The notes below the pieces were generated by a model, which worked only from the letters and a program-made list of their open reading frames with translations, did not search any database and was not told the DNA's origin. A DNA stretch of 64,000 bases, from contig OZ024742.1 in the NCBI GenBank assembly GCA_964016885.1, forward strand, positions 43,834,001 to 43,898,000, given 5' to 3'. Made by a program: the position numbers and the translations under genes. Source of the stretch: Eledone cirrhosa (lineage: Eukaryota). Positions 33,550 to 49,725 of this stretch are shown one piece after another. Numbering within the stretch: position 1 is the stretch's first letter; every line of letters starts with the position of its first letter.

Positions 33550-34099
33550 GCGCGAGTGTCGGCTGACCAAAATAGTCTCATGGAATGACCAAATGAAGTT
33601 TATTTTTCAACATAGTCCTTGGAAAGAAACAATGCAGTTGTTAATAATAATATTTGTTTCTATTTTAGGCACAAGGCCAGCAAATACCCAGTACATTACT
33701 GGTACTTTATTTTATCGACCCCCGTAAGGATGAAGGGCAAGGTTTACCTCGGCGGGATTTGAACTCATATCATAAAGGAGCGTAACTCCATGCTACAAAG
33801 CATGGCGTCCGACTCTCTACCGATACTGCCAATCCACCACCCTTAATAATAATTAATAAGAGTGGAAATTAATCCACCATTGTTAATAATAATAATTGTT
33901 TCTACTTTAGGCACAAGGCTAGCAATTACCCAGTGCATTGCTGGTACTTTATTTTATCGACCCGTAAGGATGAAAGGCAAAGTCAACCTTGGCGGGATTA
34001 ATAATAATAATAAGAGTGGAAATTAATGCATGCAAGATTTCACAGTTCTAGCATCACTCCTTCATAATCAACCTATGAATTTTTCAGCCGACCCTCGTA
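33550..34099 (+). mobile_element. Mariner-type MITE interrupted by two minus-strand SINEs (33652-33843, 33893-33998)
   Basis: The MITE halves align with 30817-31015; TAATAAGAGTGGAAATTAAT is duplicated around the second SINE. Confidence 0.82.
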
Positions 34100-34168
34100 T
34101 GTGTGTGTGTATGTATATGTGTGTGTATACCTGTGTATAATACAACCATATAGTTACTATGTACTTGA

Positions 34169-34220
<52 letters not shown>

Positions 34221-34915
34221 ATGTTTATTTCATTTATTCATAGTTAGATTCTTATGTCATCATTTTTCAAATTTGTAGTTAATTCGTTATATTAAATATA
34301 TTAACACTTAACTAAATATTGCATGACAACGCCCCGTCACCACCCCTATTTCAATTTGTTGATAAAAGTGCATCGGAATTAACATATCTTCCATTCAGCT
34401 CACATCTCTTTTGCTTCCACCGAAATATAAACCTGACGGGCAATTAAAATAGTTAAGGTACATAAAAGGCTCTAGTTCATATACCTACCTACCTATCCAT
34501 GTCTTTTCTCCCATCACTCTCAACTCTTGCAATCTCTCTTCCATATAACTAAGAAATATATATATATACACACATATATATACACATATATATATATATA
34601 TATGCATACATACACATATACACATATATGGTGGCTGCCAACTTGTTTTCGAGTACGGCCACTACTTTATATCCATGTAGGAGAACCCCTACCGATGCGC
34701 TGAACGAGTGTGACATTTTAGTCCAGCCAGCGACTTGAAAACTCTGGTACAAACACTACACTTGTGACAATTACTGACACATAGTGCTGGGCCCATGGTA
34801 CCATGTGAAGACAAGTGCAGAGAGATCTCCAGATATAAAGCAAGGCCTGTGCCGTGAAGCTTTTATAGTGAGTAAAGGCACTGCACAAAGCCAGTCCCAC
34901 TCTCTTAACAAGATG

Positions 34916-35010
34916 ATATATATATATATGTATATATATATATGTATATAAATATGTATATATGTATATGTATATATGTATATGTATATATGTATATATG
35001 TATATATATG

Positions 35011-35041
<31 letters not shown>

Positions 35042-35120
35042 GTATATATATATATGTATATATATATATGTATATATGTATATGTATATATATGTATATA
35101 TATGTATATGTATATATATG

Positions 35121-35151
<31 letters not shown>

Positions 35152-35194
35152 GTATATATATATATGTATATATATATATGTATATATATATATG

Positions 35195-35257
<63 letters not shown>

Positions 35258-35461
35258 GTATATGTATATGTATATATATGTATATGTATGTATATGTATA
35301 TATATGTATATGTATATATATGTATATGTATATGTATATATATGTATATATATATATGTATATATATGTATATATATATATGTATATATATATATGTATA
35401 TATATGTATATATATATATGTATATTATATATATATGTATATATATGTATATATATATATG

Positions 35462-35492
<31 letters not shown>

Positions 35493-35610
35493 GTATATAT
35501 ATGTATATATATATATATGTATATATATGTATATACATATATATGTATATGTATATATATGTATATGTATATATGTATATGTATATATGTATATATATAT
35601 GTATATATAT
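34916..35610. repeat. (TA)n/(TATG) compound tract
   Basis: TA repeat with periodic G substitutions. Confidence 0.97.
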
Positions 35611-36813
35611 ATGATATGTCACAAACTACACGGACTCGGCATAACTGGAAAAGTAGGTGAGTGGCTGCATGGCTTCCTAAGGGACAGAAGCCAGGCAGTC
35701 GCAGCAAATGGGGCCCTCTCGAGGGAAACACCGATAACAAGTGGGGTGCCTCAGGGGACAGTCTGGACCACTACTGTTTTTGGTGGCTCTCTCGGACATG
35801 CCCTCTGTGGTGCATGCAACAACATCCCTCACTAGCTATGCTGATGACACTAAGGTAGCACAGGCAATCAAAACCCGGCTGACGCTGCCCTCTTACAGCA
35901 GGATCTGGATGCCATATACAGATGGGCGGAAGAAAACAACATGCAGTTTAATGCTGGCAAATTCCAAGCCCTACAATACAACCTGCAAACACAAACACAA
36001 ATATAGCGGAACACAGCTACACAGGACCAGGAGGGACCGATATCCCCGTGTCAAAATCGATACGAGACCTGGGCATAGACATGAGCGATGATGCATCTTT
36101 TTCTTCACACATCATGAAGGTGGCGACAGCATGTAGACGATTCGCTGGCTGATCTTGAGGACTTTCCTTACAAGAGATCGAGACACCATGTTGACACTAT
36201 GGAGGACTTTTGTCCTAAGCCGCCTGGACTACTGCTCCCAGCTGTGGTCACCCCATAGTGTCAAACTAACCACAGAGCTTGAGGCAATCCAGCGAAGCTA
36301 CACCAAGAGGATTGCCAAGATGAGGGAGACAAGCTACTGGGAGAGGCTGAAGGAACTGAACCTCTACTCCTTGGAGCGAAGACGGAGAGATACGCAGTGA
36401 TCTACATGTGGAAAATCCTGGAGGGACTAGCACCAAACTTTGGCATTGGGAGCTGGACCAACCGTCGAACAGGACGTCACTGTGGTGCCAAAGGTCCCGT
36501 CTTCCACATCTAGAATAAGGAGCAGGTAGTGCAATAGCCTGGGATTCAAGGGCCCTCAACTCTTCAACAGGCTGCCGAGGCATCTGCGAGACTTGCATGA
36601 CGTGGAGGTGGATGTCTTTAAGAAACATCTCGACACCTTGTTATCCAGGATCCCGGATGAGCCCACAGCAAGACACGAGGGAAACCTAAGGGCGGCAGCA
36701 ACAAACTCCCTCTTACACCAGTGGCCAACCTATACAGGCTGGAGATAAAATGTGTAGCGACAAGGGCGGTGCCCAGCATGGCCTCAGCCGGATGGCTGAA
36801 ACAGGTAAAAGAG
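35611..36813 (+). mobile_element. CR1/L2-group (Crack/Daphne-like) LINE, 5'-truncated, frameshifted
   Basis: [69 protein letters not shown]; short 3'UTR with hairpin CAGCC-GGAT-GGCTG. Confidence 0.92.
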
Positions 36814-40010
<3,197 letters not shown>

Positions 40011-43000
40011 ATAACAACAGCAACAACAACGACAACAACAGTGTGAACCACTCCTTGATTCATCAACAATGGCCGATCTACTAAATGAAACTATTGACCC
40101 CCCAGTAGCCTCTGTCTCACAGCATGAAACGCCACATCCTTTCTCTGGCCCAGCAGTCCAATCATCACCACTGCCAACATCTCTGCCTACTACTACTACT
40201 ACTACTACAACATTTTTGTCTACTGCTATGTCAAGGAATTTACCTTCTAATACCAGAACAAGAACTCTCCCTCCCACAGTCCACAAAGATCGTCAAATCC
40301 TACCCAAACCATCATCTACACCTCTTACAACACCCACATACCCACCCACTCGAAACCCCATCATTTGCCGCTACTCTCTACGCTATAGAATATGTACGGA
40401 TAGTGGCTGCAAATTCACCCATTTACCTAGGACAAAACGATCTATCCCCACAAACAGCCACCACCATAATACATACTCTAATTTAACACCAACACAACAA
40501 CCACCAATAACTCAAACAAGGAATCCACAAATCTGCCGTTTTTCCCTGCGAGACAGATTGTGTTTAGACCGGGATTGTCCCTTTACCCATCTCCCGGGGA
40601 CCCGTCGGATAAATGAAAATAAAATTAAAAATAAAAGCAAAAACAAAAACCATAACCTACATAAAAATAACCACTACCACAGTCACCAACAGTCTTCTAA
40701 ACAGGAAACTTCTTCCTCTTTTTTTAGCCATAATGAATCTGGCAAAAGAACTGGAAAAAAACATTCGAGCTATCACCCAGCACCACCCTCCACTATCACC
40801 CCACTGCACAAATTCCCATTGCTGCCATTAACAAACAAACAAATTAACAACACACCAAAACAATTAAAACCATCCACTCTCGCCTCTACATTTTTGCTTA
40901 ACGCCCAAGGCATCAGCCCTTCCACCAATACTCAAAAATGGAAGATCAAATTCCTGGAGGACTGGATTGATGTCCATCCAAACCACATCCCTTTCTTCGT
41001 CCTCACTGAAACCCATCTCAGTAACCTCTACTTAGAAGCCGAGGTGAAAGTGAAAAATTTCAAAGCCATCCGTGCTGATCGCGCTGGCAGAAGAAAGGGC
41101 GGAACTGCCATTTATGTCCATAATTCTTTCTCAACAGAGGCTATGAACATATTCACTAATGGATACTGTGAGGCAGTCACTGTATTCAGTCAAACCAACA
41201 ACCTATTAGTAGTTGGGCTCTATAGGCCACCCCAAACGCCTGTACCATGCTTCAAGGAATGCCTCAACAGCATAAAGTGTTTCATCCAAGAGTGTCACCC
41301 TGACAACATCTTAATGATGGAGGACTTCAACCTCCCCGGAGTTGACTGGTCCACAAACACCCTGCCACCAGGTTCTTCTGCCTCAACCTCTGACAGGGAA
41401 GCTGTGGAATCGCTTCTTGACTTCATGGATGATTTCTTCCTATCCCAACTAGTGCTCGAACCAACGAGGTGCCACAAAAACGTCCTAGACTTAATTTTCA
41501 GCAATCACACTGACAATATCCACAATATTGCAGTGGAGAAAACTCTACTCTCTGATCATGACATGGTTCTCTGTGATCTGAGATTCCACCGTCCAATATA
41601 CAAACCCAATGTCATCTCTCCTGTCCATCCGTTTGACGCTATGGATTTCCACAATGCAAACTGGGAAGCGATCAGTCATGATCTTGCACATGTCGACTGG
41701 TCCTTCACGCACACTCATACACCCACTAACATCAAAAAGTCCTGGCAGACATTTGTGGACACTGTTTCAAACATATGTGCTAAACACACCCCATTAAGAA
41801 CTATAAACAAATCTAAGAGCAGAATCCCTAGAAATAGAAAAACGCTCATCAGAAAAATTAAGAGAACGAACAAAAAAATCAACAAGCTGAAATACTGTCA
41901 GCAGCAACACATCAACTTGACTGCCATTTCATCACTAGAGATTAAAAAACATAACCTCCAAAACAACATAATGTCCCTCATCAACAATCAGAGAAGAGCT
42001 GAAGAGGCCTGGGCCATTGAGAAGATCAAACTCAATCCCAAAGTGTTCTTTTCATTTGCAAAAAAACACAAAATCACTGGCTCTACTGTTGGCCCTCTAA
42101 TTGATGAAAATGGCACTCTTCAAGACAATGCTAAAACCATGGGTGAGATACTGCAGAAACAATACTGCTCTGTTTTCAGCAATCCTGATATGGCCGATCT
42201 GGGCTGTATCGGCGATGTTACTCCCCATTACACCTTATCGGACATAACGTTTGGCGCCCCTGATGTCTTGGCGGCAATAAAGGAAATCAAGCATAATTCA
42301 GCAGTAGGTCCCGATAGGTTCCCTGCTTGTGTCTTGAAGGCGTGTCAACACCAACTTGCTTCTCCTCTTGCCAATCTGTGGCGGAACTCACTGGATGCTG
42401 GATATGTGCCAGAAAACCTTCTATCCCAGTCTGTTGTCCCAGTTTTCAAAAAGGGAAACAAATCCCTTGCCGTGAATTACCGTCCAATCTCACTCACCTC
42501 TCATATCATTAAGGTATTTGAGCGAGTGGTGAGATCGCGAATGACCCACTTCCTTGAGAGTAACAATATGCTGAACTCCAACCAGCATGGATTCCGTAAT
42601 GGAAGGGATTGCCTGACGCAACTACTGCATCACTTTGATGACATTTTGAGAGCCTTGGGAGAGGGTTCCAACACTGATGTTATCTACCTTGATTTCAGCA
42701 AGGCCTTTGACAGGGTTGATCATAACATTCTACTGAGAAAGCTGTCCAATATTGGTGTCACTGGAAAGCTGCTGCAGTGGATCAAGAGCTTCCTGTCAAA
42801 CAGAACCCAACATGTTGTAGTTGAGGGAGTCAAATCAAGCCCAGCCAAAGTCAGTAGTGGAGTCCCACAAGGCACTGTGTTGGGCCCACTTCTCTTCATC
42901 ATCTATATTAATGACATCACTGACATCATCAAACACAGCAACATTAAAATTTTCGCTGATGATTCCAAGCTCCAAAAGGTCATCAATGGCGTGGATGACC

Positions 43001-43936
43001 GGATAAGCCTTCAGTCAGACCTACTGGCTGTTACCCAATGGGCAGAAAAGAACAACATGTTACTGAACGAAGACAAATTCGAACTGATCCACTTTGGAAA
43101 AGAGGATGCTCTGAAACTCCCGTACTCCCTTCCCTCCGGGGAAACTCTCGTGGCATCTAACAACATCAGAGACTTGGGAGTAACCGTGGACAGCAACATA
43201 AGCTGGACCACGCATATAAGCAGCAAAGTTGACATGGCCCGCAGAATGTGTTCCTGGATCCTCAGAACCTTCCAGTCGAGAGATTCCCGCACCATTATCC
43301 TTCTCTTCTCTACTTTCGGCCGACCACACCTTGAATACTGTTGTCCACTGTGGTCTCCCCACACGAAACAAAGTATCATGAAACTTGAAGCTCCTCAAAG
43401 GGCAATCACGAAAAAGATAGATGGCATGTCAGACCTTGACTACTGGGGTCGATTGGAAAACCTGAAACTTTACTCACTCCAACGTCGCCGTGAGCGTTAT
43501 ATTATCTGCATGATGTGGAAAATGTTCCATCATCACTGCCCAAATGATGTTGGCATCGCCTTCAAGATACACCCAAGGCTTGGGCCCCGTGCTATCCGTC
43601 CCATTCAAAAATCTAAATCGCAACTCATAACAACAATACGGCACAATTATTTCACCTCAATCGGCCCTGCTCTCTTCAACATCACACCAGGACACGTCAA
43701 AACAGAAACTGACCACACAAAATTCAAGAAGTCTTTGGACAAATTCCTCCAAGTAATCCCGGACAAACCACCCACACCCGGATATGTCTCCGCAAACAGT
43801 AATTCTCTTCTCGAATGGGCCATGGTGCCCAAATCCTGAATTGAAAGACTTCGCCAGGTGGTGCTATTAAGTTAGACATGGCCTGGGCCAATACTGGCCA
43901 AAACATTTCAAAGTTATTCAACGTTATTCAAAGTTA
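40011..43936 (+). mobile_element. Near-complete CR1/L2-group LINE with 10-bp tail repeat (TTCAAAGTTA)n
   Basis: Long ORF; 3'UTR hairpin GGCCA-ATAC-TGGCC; tail TTCAAAGTTA-TTCAACGTTA-TTCAAAGTTA; microsatellite on both sides. Confidence 0.95.
40069..43839 (+). CDS. LINE polyprotein: 2x CCCH zinc finger + APE endonuclease + reverse transcriptase (1256 aa)
   Basis: C-x8-C-x4-C-x3-H twice; APE motifs LNAQG, LTETHL, GGTAIYV, YRPP, (E)DFNLP, LDLIF, SDH; RT motifs [34 protein letters not shown]. Confidence 0.93.
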   Translation: MADLLNETIDPPVASVSQHETPHPFSGPAVQSSPLPTSLPTTTTTTTTFLSTAMSRNLPSNTRTRTLPPTVHKDRQILPKPSSTPLTTPTYPPTRNPIICRYSLRYRICTDSGCKFTHLPRTKRSIPTNSHHHNTYSNLTPTQQPPITQTRNPQICRFSLRDRLCLDRDCPFTHLPGTRRINENKIKNKSKNKNHNLHKNNHYHSHQQSSKQETSSSFFSHNESGKRTGKKHSSYHPAPPSTITPLHKFPLLPLTNKQINNTPKQLKPSTLASTFLLNAQGISPSTNTQKWKIKFLEDWIDVHPNHIPFFVLTETHLSNLYLEAEVKVKNFKAIRADRAGRRKGGTAIYVHNSFSTEAMNIFTNGYCEAVTVFSQTNNLLVVGLYRPPQTPVPCFKECLNSIKCFIQECHPDNILMMEDFNLPGVDWSTNTLPPGSSASTSDREAVESLLDFMDDFFLSQLVLEPTRCHKNVLDLIFSNHTDNIHNIAVEKTLLSDHDMVLCDLRFHRPIYKPNVISPVHPFDAMDFHNANWEAISHDLAHVDWSFTHTHTPTNIKKSWQTFVDTVSNICAKHTPLRTINKSKSRIPRNRKTLIRKIKRTNKKINKLKYCQQQHINLTAISSLEIKKHNLQNNIMSLINNQRRAEEAWAIEKIKLNPKVFFSFAKKHKITGSTVGPLIDENGTLQDNAKTMGEILQKQYCSVFSNPDMADLGCIGDVTPHYTLSDITFGAPDVLAAIKEIKHNSAVGPDRFPACVLKACQHQLASPLANLWRNSLDAGYVPENLLSQSVVPVFKKGNKSLAVNYRPISLTSHIIKVFERVVRSRMTHFLESNNMLNSNQHGFRNGRDCLTQLLHHFDDILRALGEGSNTDVIYLDFSKAFDRVDHNILLRKLSNIGVTGKLLQWIKSFLSNRTQHVVVEGVKSSPAKVSSGVPQGTVLGPLLFIIYINDITDIIKHSNIKIFADDSKLQKVINGVDDRISLQSDLLAVTQWAEKNNMLLNEDKFELIHFGKEDALKLPYSLPSGETLVASNNIRDLGVTVDSNISWTTHISSKVDMARRMCSWILRTFQSRDSRTIILLFSTFGRPHLEYCCPLWSPHTKQSIMKLEAPQRAITKKIDGMSDLDYWGRLENLKLYSLQRRRERYIICMMWKMFHHHCPNDVGIAFKIHPRLGPRAIRPIQKSKSQLITTIRHNYFTSIGPALFNITPGHVKTETDHTKFKKSLDKFLQVIPDKPPTPGYVSANSNSLLEWAMVPKS

Positions 43937-44097
43937 TATGTATGTATGTAATATATATATATATATATATCTATGTATGTAATATATATATATATATATG
44001 TATGTATGTAATATATATATATATGTATGTATGTATGTAATATATATATATATGTATGTATGTATGTAATATATTTATATATATATGTATGTATGTA

Positions 44098-44128
<31 letters not shown>

Positions 44129-44228
44129 ATATATATATATGTATGTATGTAATATATTTATATATATATGTATGTATGTAATATATTTATATATATATGT
44201 ATGTATGTAATATATATATATATGTATG

Positions 44229-44279
<51 letters not shown>

Positions 44280-44704
44280 ATATATATATATATGTATGTA
44301 TGTAATATATATATATATGTATGTATGTAATATATATATATATGTATGTATGTAATATATATATATATGTATGTATGTAATATATATATATATGTATGTA
44401 TGTAATATATATATATATGTATGTATGTAATATATATATATATGTATGTATGTAATATATATATATATGTATGTATGTAATATATATATATGTATGTATG
44501 TAATATATATATATATGTATGTATGTAATATATATATATATGTATGTAATATATATATATATATGTATGTATGTAATATATATATATATGTATGTATGTA
44601 ATATATATATATATGTATGTATGTAATATATATATATATGTATGTATGTAATATATATATATATGTATGTATGTAATATATATATATATATATGTATGTA
44701 TGTA

Positions 44705-44797
<93 letters not shown>

Positions 44798-44905
44798 ATA
44801 TATATGTATGCATGTAATATATATATGCATGTAATATATATGTATGTATGTAATATATATATATGCATGTAATATATATGTATGTATGTAATATATATAT
44901 ATGTA

Positions 44906-44938
<33 letters not shown>

Positions 44939-45232
44939 ATATATATGTATGTATGTAATATATATGTATGTATGTAATATATATATATGTATGTAATATA
45001 TATATATGTATGTAATATATGTATTATATATATATATATGTATTATATATATATATATATGTATTATATATATATATATGTATTATATATATATATATGT
45101 ATTATATATATATATATGTATTATATATATATATATGTATTATATATATATATATGTATTATATATATATATATGTATTATATATATATATATGTATTAT
45201 ATATATATATATGTATTATATATATATATATG

Positions 45233-45282
<50 letters not shown>

Positions 45283-45829
45283 TATATATATATATATATA
45301 TATGTATTATATATATATATATATGTATTATATATATATATATATATGTATTATATATATATATATATATATGTATTATATATATATATATATGTATTAT
45401 ATATATATATATATATGTATTATATATATATATATATATATGTATTATATATATATATATGTATTATATATATATATATGTATTATATATATATATATAT
45501 GTATTATATATATATATATATATGTATTATATATATATATATATATATGTATTATATATATATATATATATATATGTATTATATATATATATATATATGT
45601 ATTATATATATATATATATATGTATTATATATATATATATATGTATTATATATATATATGTATTATATATATATATATATGTATTATATATATATATATG
45701 TATTATATATATATATATATGTATTATATATATATATATGTATTATATATATATATATATGTATTATATATATATATATATGTATTATATATATATATAT
45801 ATGTATTATATATATATATATATATGTAT

Positions 45830-45884
<55 letters not shown>

Positions 45885-45893
45885 GTAGTATAT

Positions 45894-45927
<34 letters not shown>

Positions 45928-45973
45928 TATATTATATATATATTATATATATATGTATTATATATATATATAT

Positions 45974-46005
<32 letters not shown>

Positions 46006-46009
46006 ATAT

Positions 46010-46040
<31 letters not shown>

Positions 46041-46600
46041 CATATTATATTTATATATATATTATATTTATATATATATTATATATATATATTATATATA
46101 TATATTATATTTATATATATATTATATATATATATTATATATATATATTATATATTATATACATATGTATTATATATATGTATATTATATATATTATATA
46201 TATTATATATATATATTATATATATATTATATATATATTATATATATATATTATATATATATATTATATATATATTATATATATATATTATATATATATA
46301 TTATATATATATTATATATATATATTATATATATATTATATATATATTATATATATATATTATATATATATATTATATATATATTATATATATATATTAT
46401 ATATATATATTATATATATATTATATTTATATATATTATATATATTATATTATATATATTATATATATTATATTATATATATATATTATATATATTATAT
46501 ATATATATTATATATATATTATATTATATATATATATTATATATTATATATATATATATTATATATATATTATATTATATATATATATTATATTATATAT

Positions 46601-46631
<31 letters not shown>

Positions 46632-46776
46632 ATATATATTATATATATATTATATATATTATATATATATATATTATATTATATATATATTATATATTAT
46701 ATATATATTATATATTATATATATTATATATATATATATTACATATATATATATTATATATATTATATATATATAT
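43937..46776. repeat. Compound tract grading from (TATGTATGTAA+TAn) to (TATGTATTA+TAn) to (TATTA+TAn)
   Basis: The unit changes at ~45015 and ~45850. Confidence 0.96.
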
Positions 46777-47199
46777 TTCGTTTCTGAATTTGTTTAGCAA
46801 GATTCTTTATCTGAAATCGTGTGTTGAAACCGATATTGTTATACTTTGGGAGGGTCATGTTGCCAATAAGAAACACACGCACCAGTTGCTTTCACTTCAA
46901 TTTATTATAAATTTATAAATTTACAAATCTACAAACTTATAAATTTCTGGTTGAAAGGAAAGGCACAGAAACACAGAAAGGAATCCCCAGTCACTGAAGA
47001 GGTCACAGAGTGTGTGACGAAAGGACTATGACTATATATAAACAACTATCTGGTTGTGGAACCAACCAACTAACCACAAATTTATAAGTTTGTATATTTG
47101 TAAATTCATAAATTTATAAATATATAATAAATTAAAGTGAAAGCAACTGGTGCGTGTGTTTCTTATTGGCAACATGACCCTCCCAAAGTATAACAATAT
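46777..47199 (+). mobile_element. Foldback island (~120-bp inverted arms) enclosing a hammerhead ribozyme; Penelope-like remnant
   Basis: Arms 46833-46952 and 47072-47199 are reverse complements (ATATTGTTATACTTTGGGAGGGTCATGTTGCCAATAAGAAACACACGCACCAGTTGCTTTCACTT is perfect); the loop contains the hammerhead core. Confidence 0.8.
46989..47033 (+). ncRNA. Minimal type I hammerhead ribozyme (slightly variant)
   Basis: AGUCA-CUGAAGA-G-GUCACA-GAGUG-UGUGAC-GAAA-GGAC-UA-UGACU: 5-bp stem I, 6-bp stem II with one extra G, vestigial stem III. Confidence 0.72.
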
Positions 47200-47273
47200 A
47201 TATATATATATTATATATATATTATATATATATTATATCATATATATATTATATATATATTATATATATTATA

Positions 47274-47458
47274 GGTGGATTGGCAGTATCGGTAGAGGGT
47301 CGGACACCATGCTTTCCAGCATAGTTACGTCCCTTTACGATCTGAGTTCAAATACCGCCGAGGTTGACTTTGCCTTTCATCCTTACGGGGTCGATAAAAT
47401 AAAGTACCAGTAATGCACTGGGTAATTGCTGGCCTTGTGCCTAAAGTAGAAACAATTA
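47274..47458 (+). mobile_element. Full-length young tRNA-SINE (short subfamily) in TA tract
   Basis: A-box TGGCAGTATCGG, B-box GAGTTCAAATAC, central domain resembling the Meta-SINE domain. Confidence 0.9.
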
Positions 47459-47651
47459 TATATATATTTATATATTATATATATATTTATATATTATATA
47501 TATTTATATATTATATATATATATTATATATATTTATATATTATATATATTATATATATTATATATATATATTATATATTATATATTATATATATATATA
47601 TATTATATATATATTATATATATTATATATATATATATTATATATATATCT

Positions 47652-47694
<43 letters not shown>

Positions 47695-47848
47695 ATATAT
47701 TATATATATAATATATATATATATATATTATATATATAATATATATATATATATATTATATAATATATTATATATATATATATATTATATATATAATATA
47801 TATCTTATATATTATATATATATATATTATATATATTATATATATAAC

Positions 47849-48038
47849 GGTGGGGGATTGGCAGTATCGGTAGAGGGTCTGACGCTTTGCTTTGCAGCAA
47901 AGAGTTACGGCCCTTTATGGTCTGAGTTCAAATCCCGCCGAGGTTAACTTTGCCTTTCATCCTTACAGGGTCGATAAAATAAAGTACCAGTAATACACTG
48001 GGTAATTGGTGGCCTTGTGCCTAACGTAGAAACAATTA
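47849..48038 (+). mobile_element. Full-length young tRNA-SINE (short subfamily) in TA tract
   Basis: A-box TGGCAGTATCGG, B-box GAGTTCAAATCC. Confidence 0.9.
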
Positions 48039-48933
48039 TATATATATATATTATATATATATTATATATATATATTATATATATTATATATATATTATAT
48101 ATATATATTATATATATATTATATATTATATATATATTATATATATATATATTATACATTATATATATATTATATATTATATATATATTATATATATATA
48201 TATTATATATATATTATATTATATATATATTATATATATATTATATTATATATATATTATATATATATATATATTATATATATTATATTATATATATTAT
48301 ATTATATATATATTATATTATATATATTATATTATATATATATTATATTATATATATATTATATTATATATATATTCTATATATTATATAATATATATAT
48401 ATATATATTATATATATATTATATATATATATATTATATATATATATATATATATATTATATTATATATATATATTATATATATTATATATATATATATA
48501 TATATTATATATATTATATATATATTATATATATTATATATATTATATATATATATTATATATATTATATATATATTATTTATATTATATATATTATATA
48601 TATATATTATATATATATATTATATATATAAATATTATATATATATATATTACATATATATTATATATATATATATTACATATATATTATATATATATAT
48701 ATTACATATATATATTATATATATTATATATATATATATATATATTATATTATATATATATATATATTATATTATATATATATTATATATATATTATATA
48801 TATATTATATTATATATATATTATATTATATATATATTATATTATATATATATTATATTATATATATATATATTATATATATATATATTATATTATATAT
48901 ATATTATATTATATATATATTATATATATATAT

Positions 48934-48966
<33 letters not shown>

Positions 48967-49045
48967 ATATTATATATATATATATTATATATATATATAT
49001 TATATTATATATATATTATATTATATATATATTATATATATATAT

Positions 49046-49078
<33 letters not shown>

Positions 49079-49483
49079 ATATTATATATATATTATATTA
49101 TATATATATTATATTATATATATATTATGTATATATATATATTATATTACATATATATTATATTATATATATATTATATATATATTATGTATATATATAT
49201 ATTATGTATATATATATTATATTATTTATATATTATATTATATATATATTATATTATATTATATATTATATTATATTATATTATATATATATTATATTAT
49301 ATATATATTATATATTATATTATATATTATATTATATATTATATTATATATATATTATATATTATATATATATATATTATATATATATTATATATATATT
49401 ATATATATTATATTATATATATATATATATATTATATTATATATATTATATTATATATATATATTATATTATATATATTATAT

Positions 49484-49526
<43 letters not shown>

Positions 49527-49725
49527 TATATTATATTATATTATATTATATATATATTACATATAGATTATATTATATATTATATTATATATATTTTATA
49601 TTATATATATATTATATTATATATATATTATATTATATATATATTATATTATATATATATTATATATATATATATATATATATTATATTATATATATTAT
49701 ATTATATTATATATATATATTATAT
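48039..49725. repeat. Interrupted (TA)n/(TATAT)n tract
   Basis: Direct reading of the sequence. Confidence 0.97.

Noticed and set aside
47274-47370. tRNA gene
   Set aside because: A and B boxes are present, but no cloverleaf closes and the sequence continues into a multi-copy SINE body.
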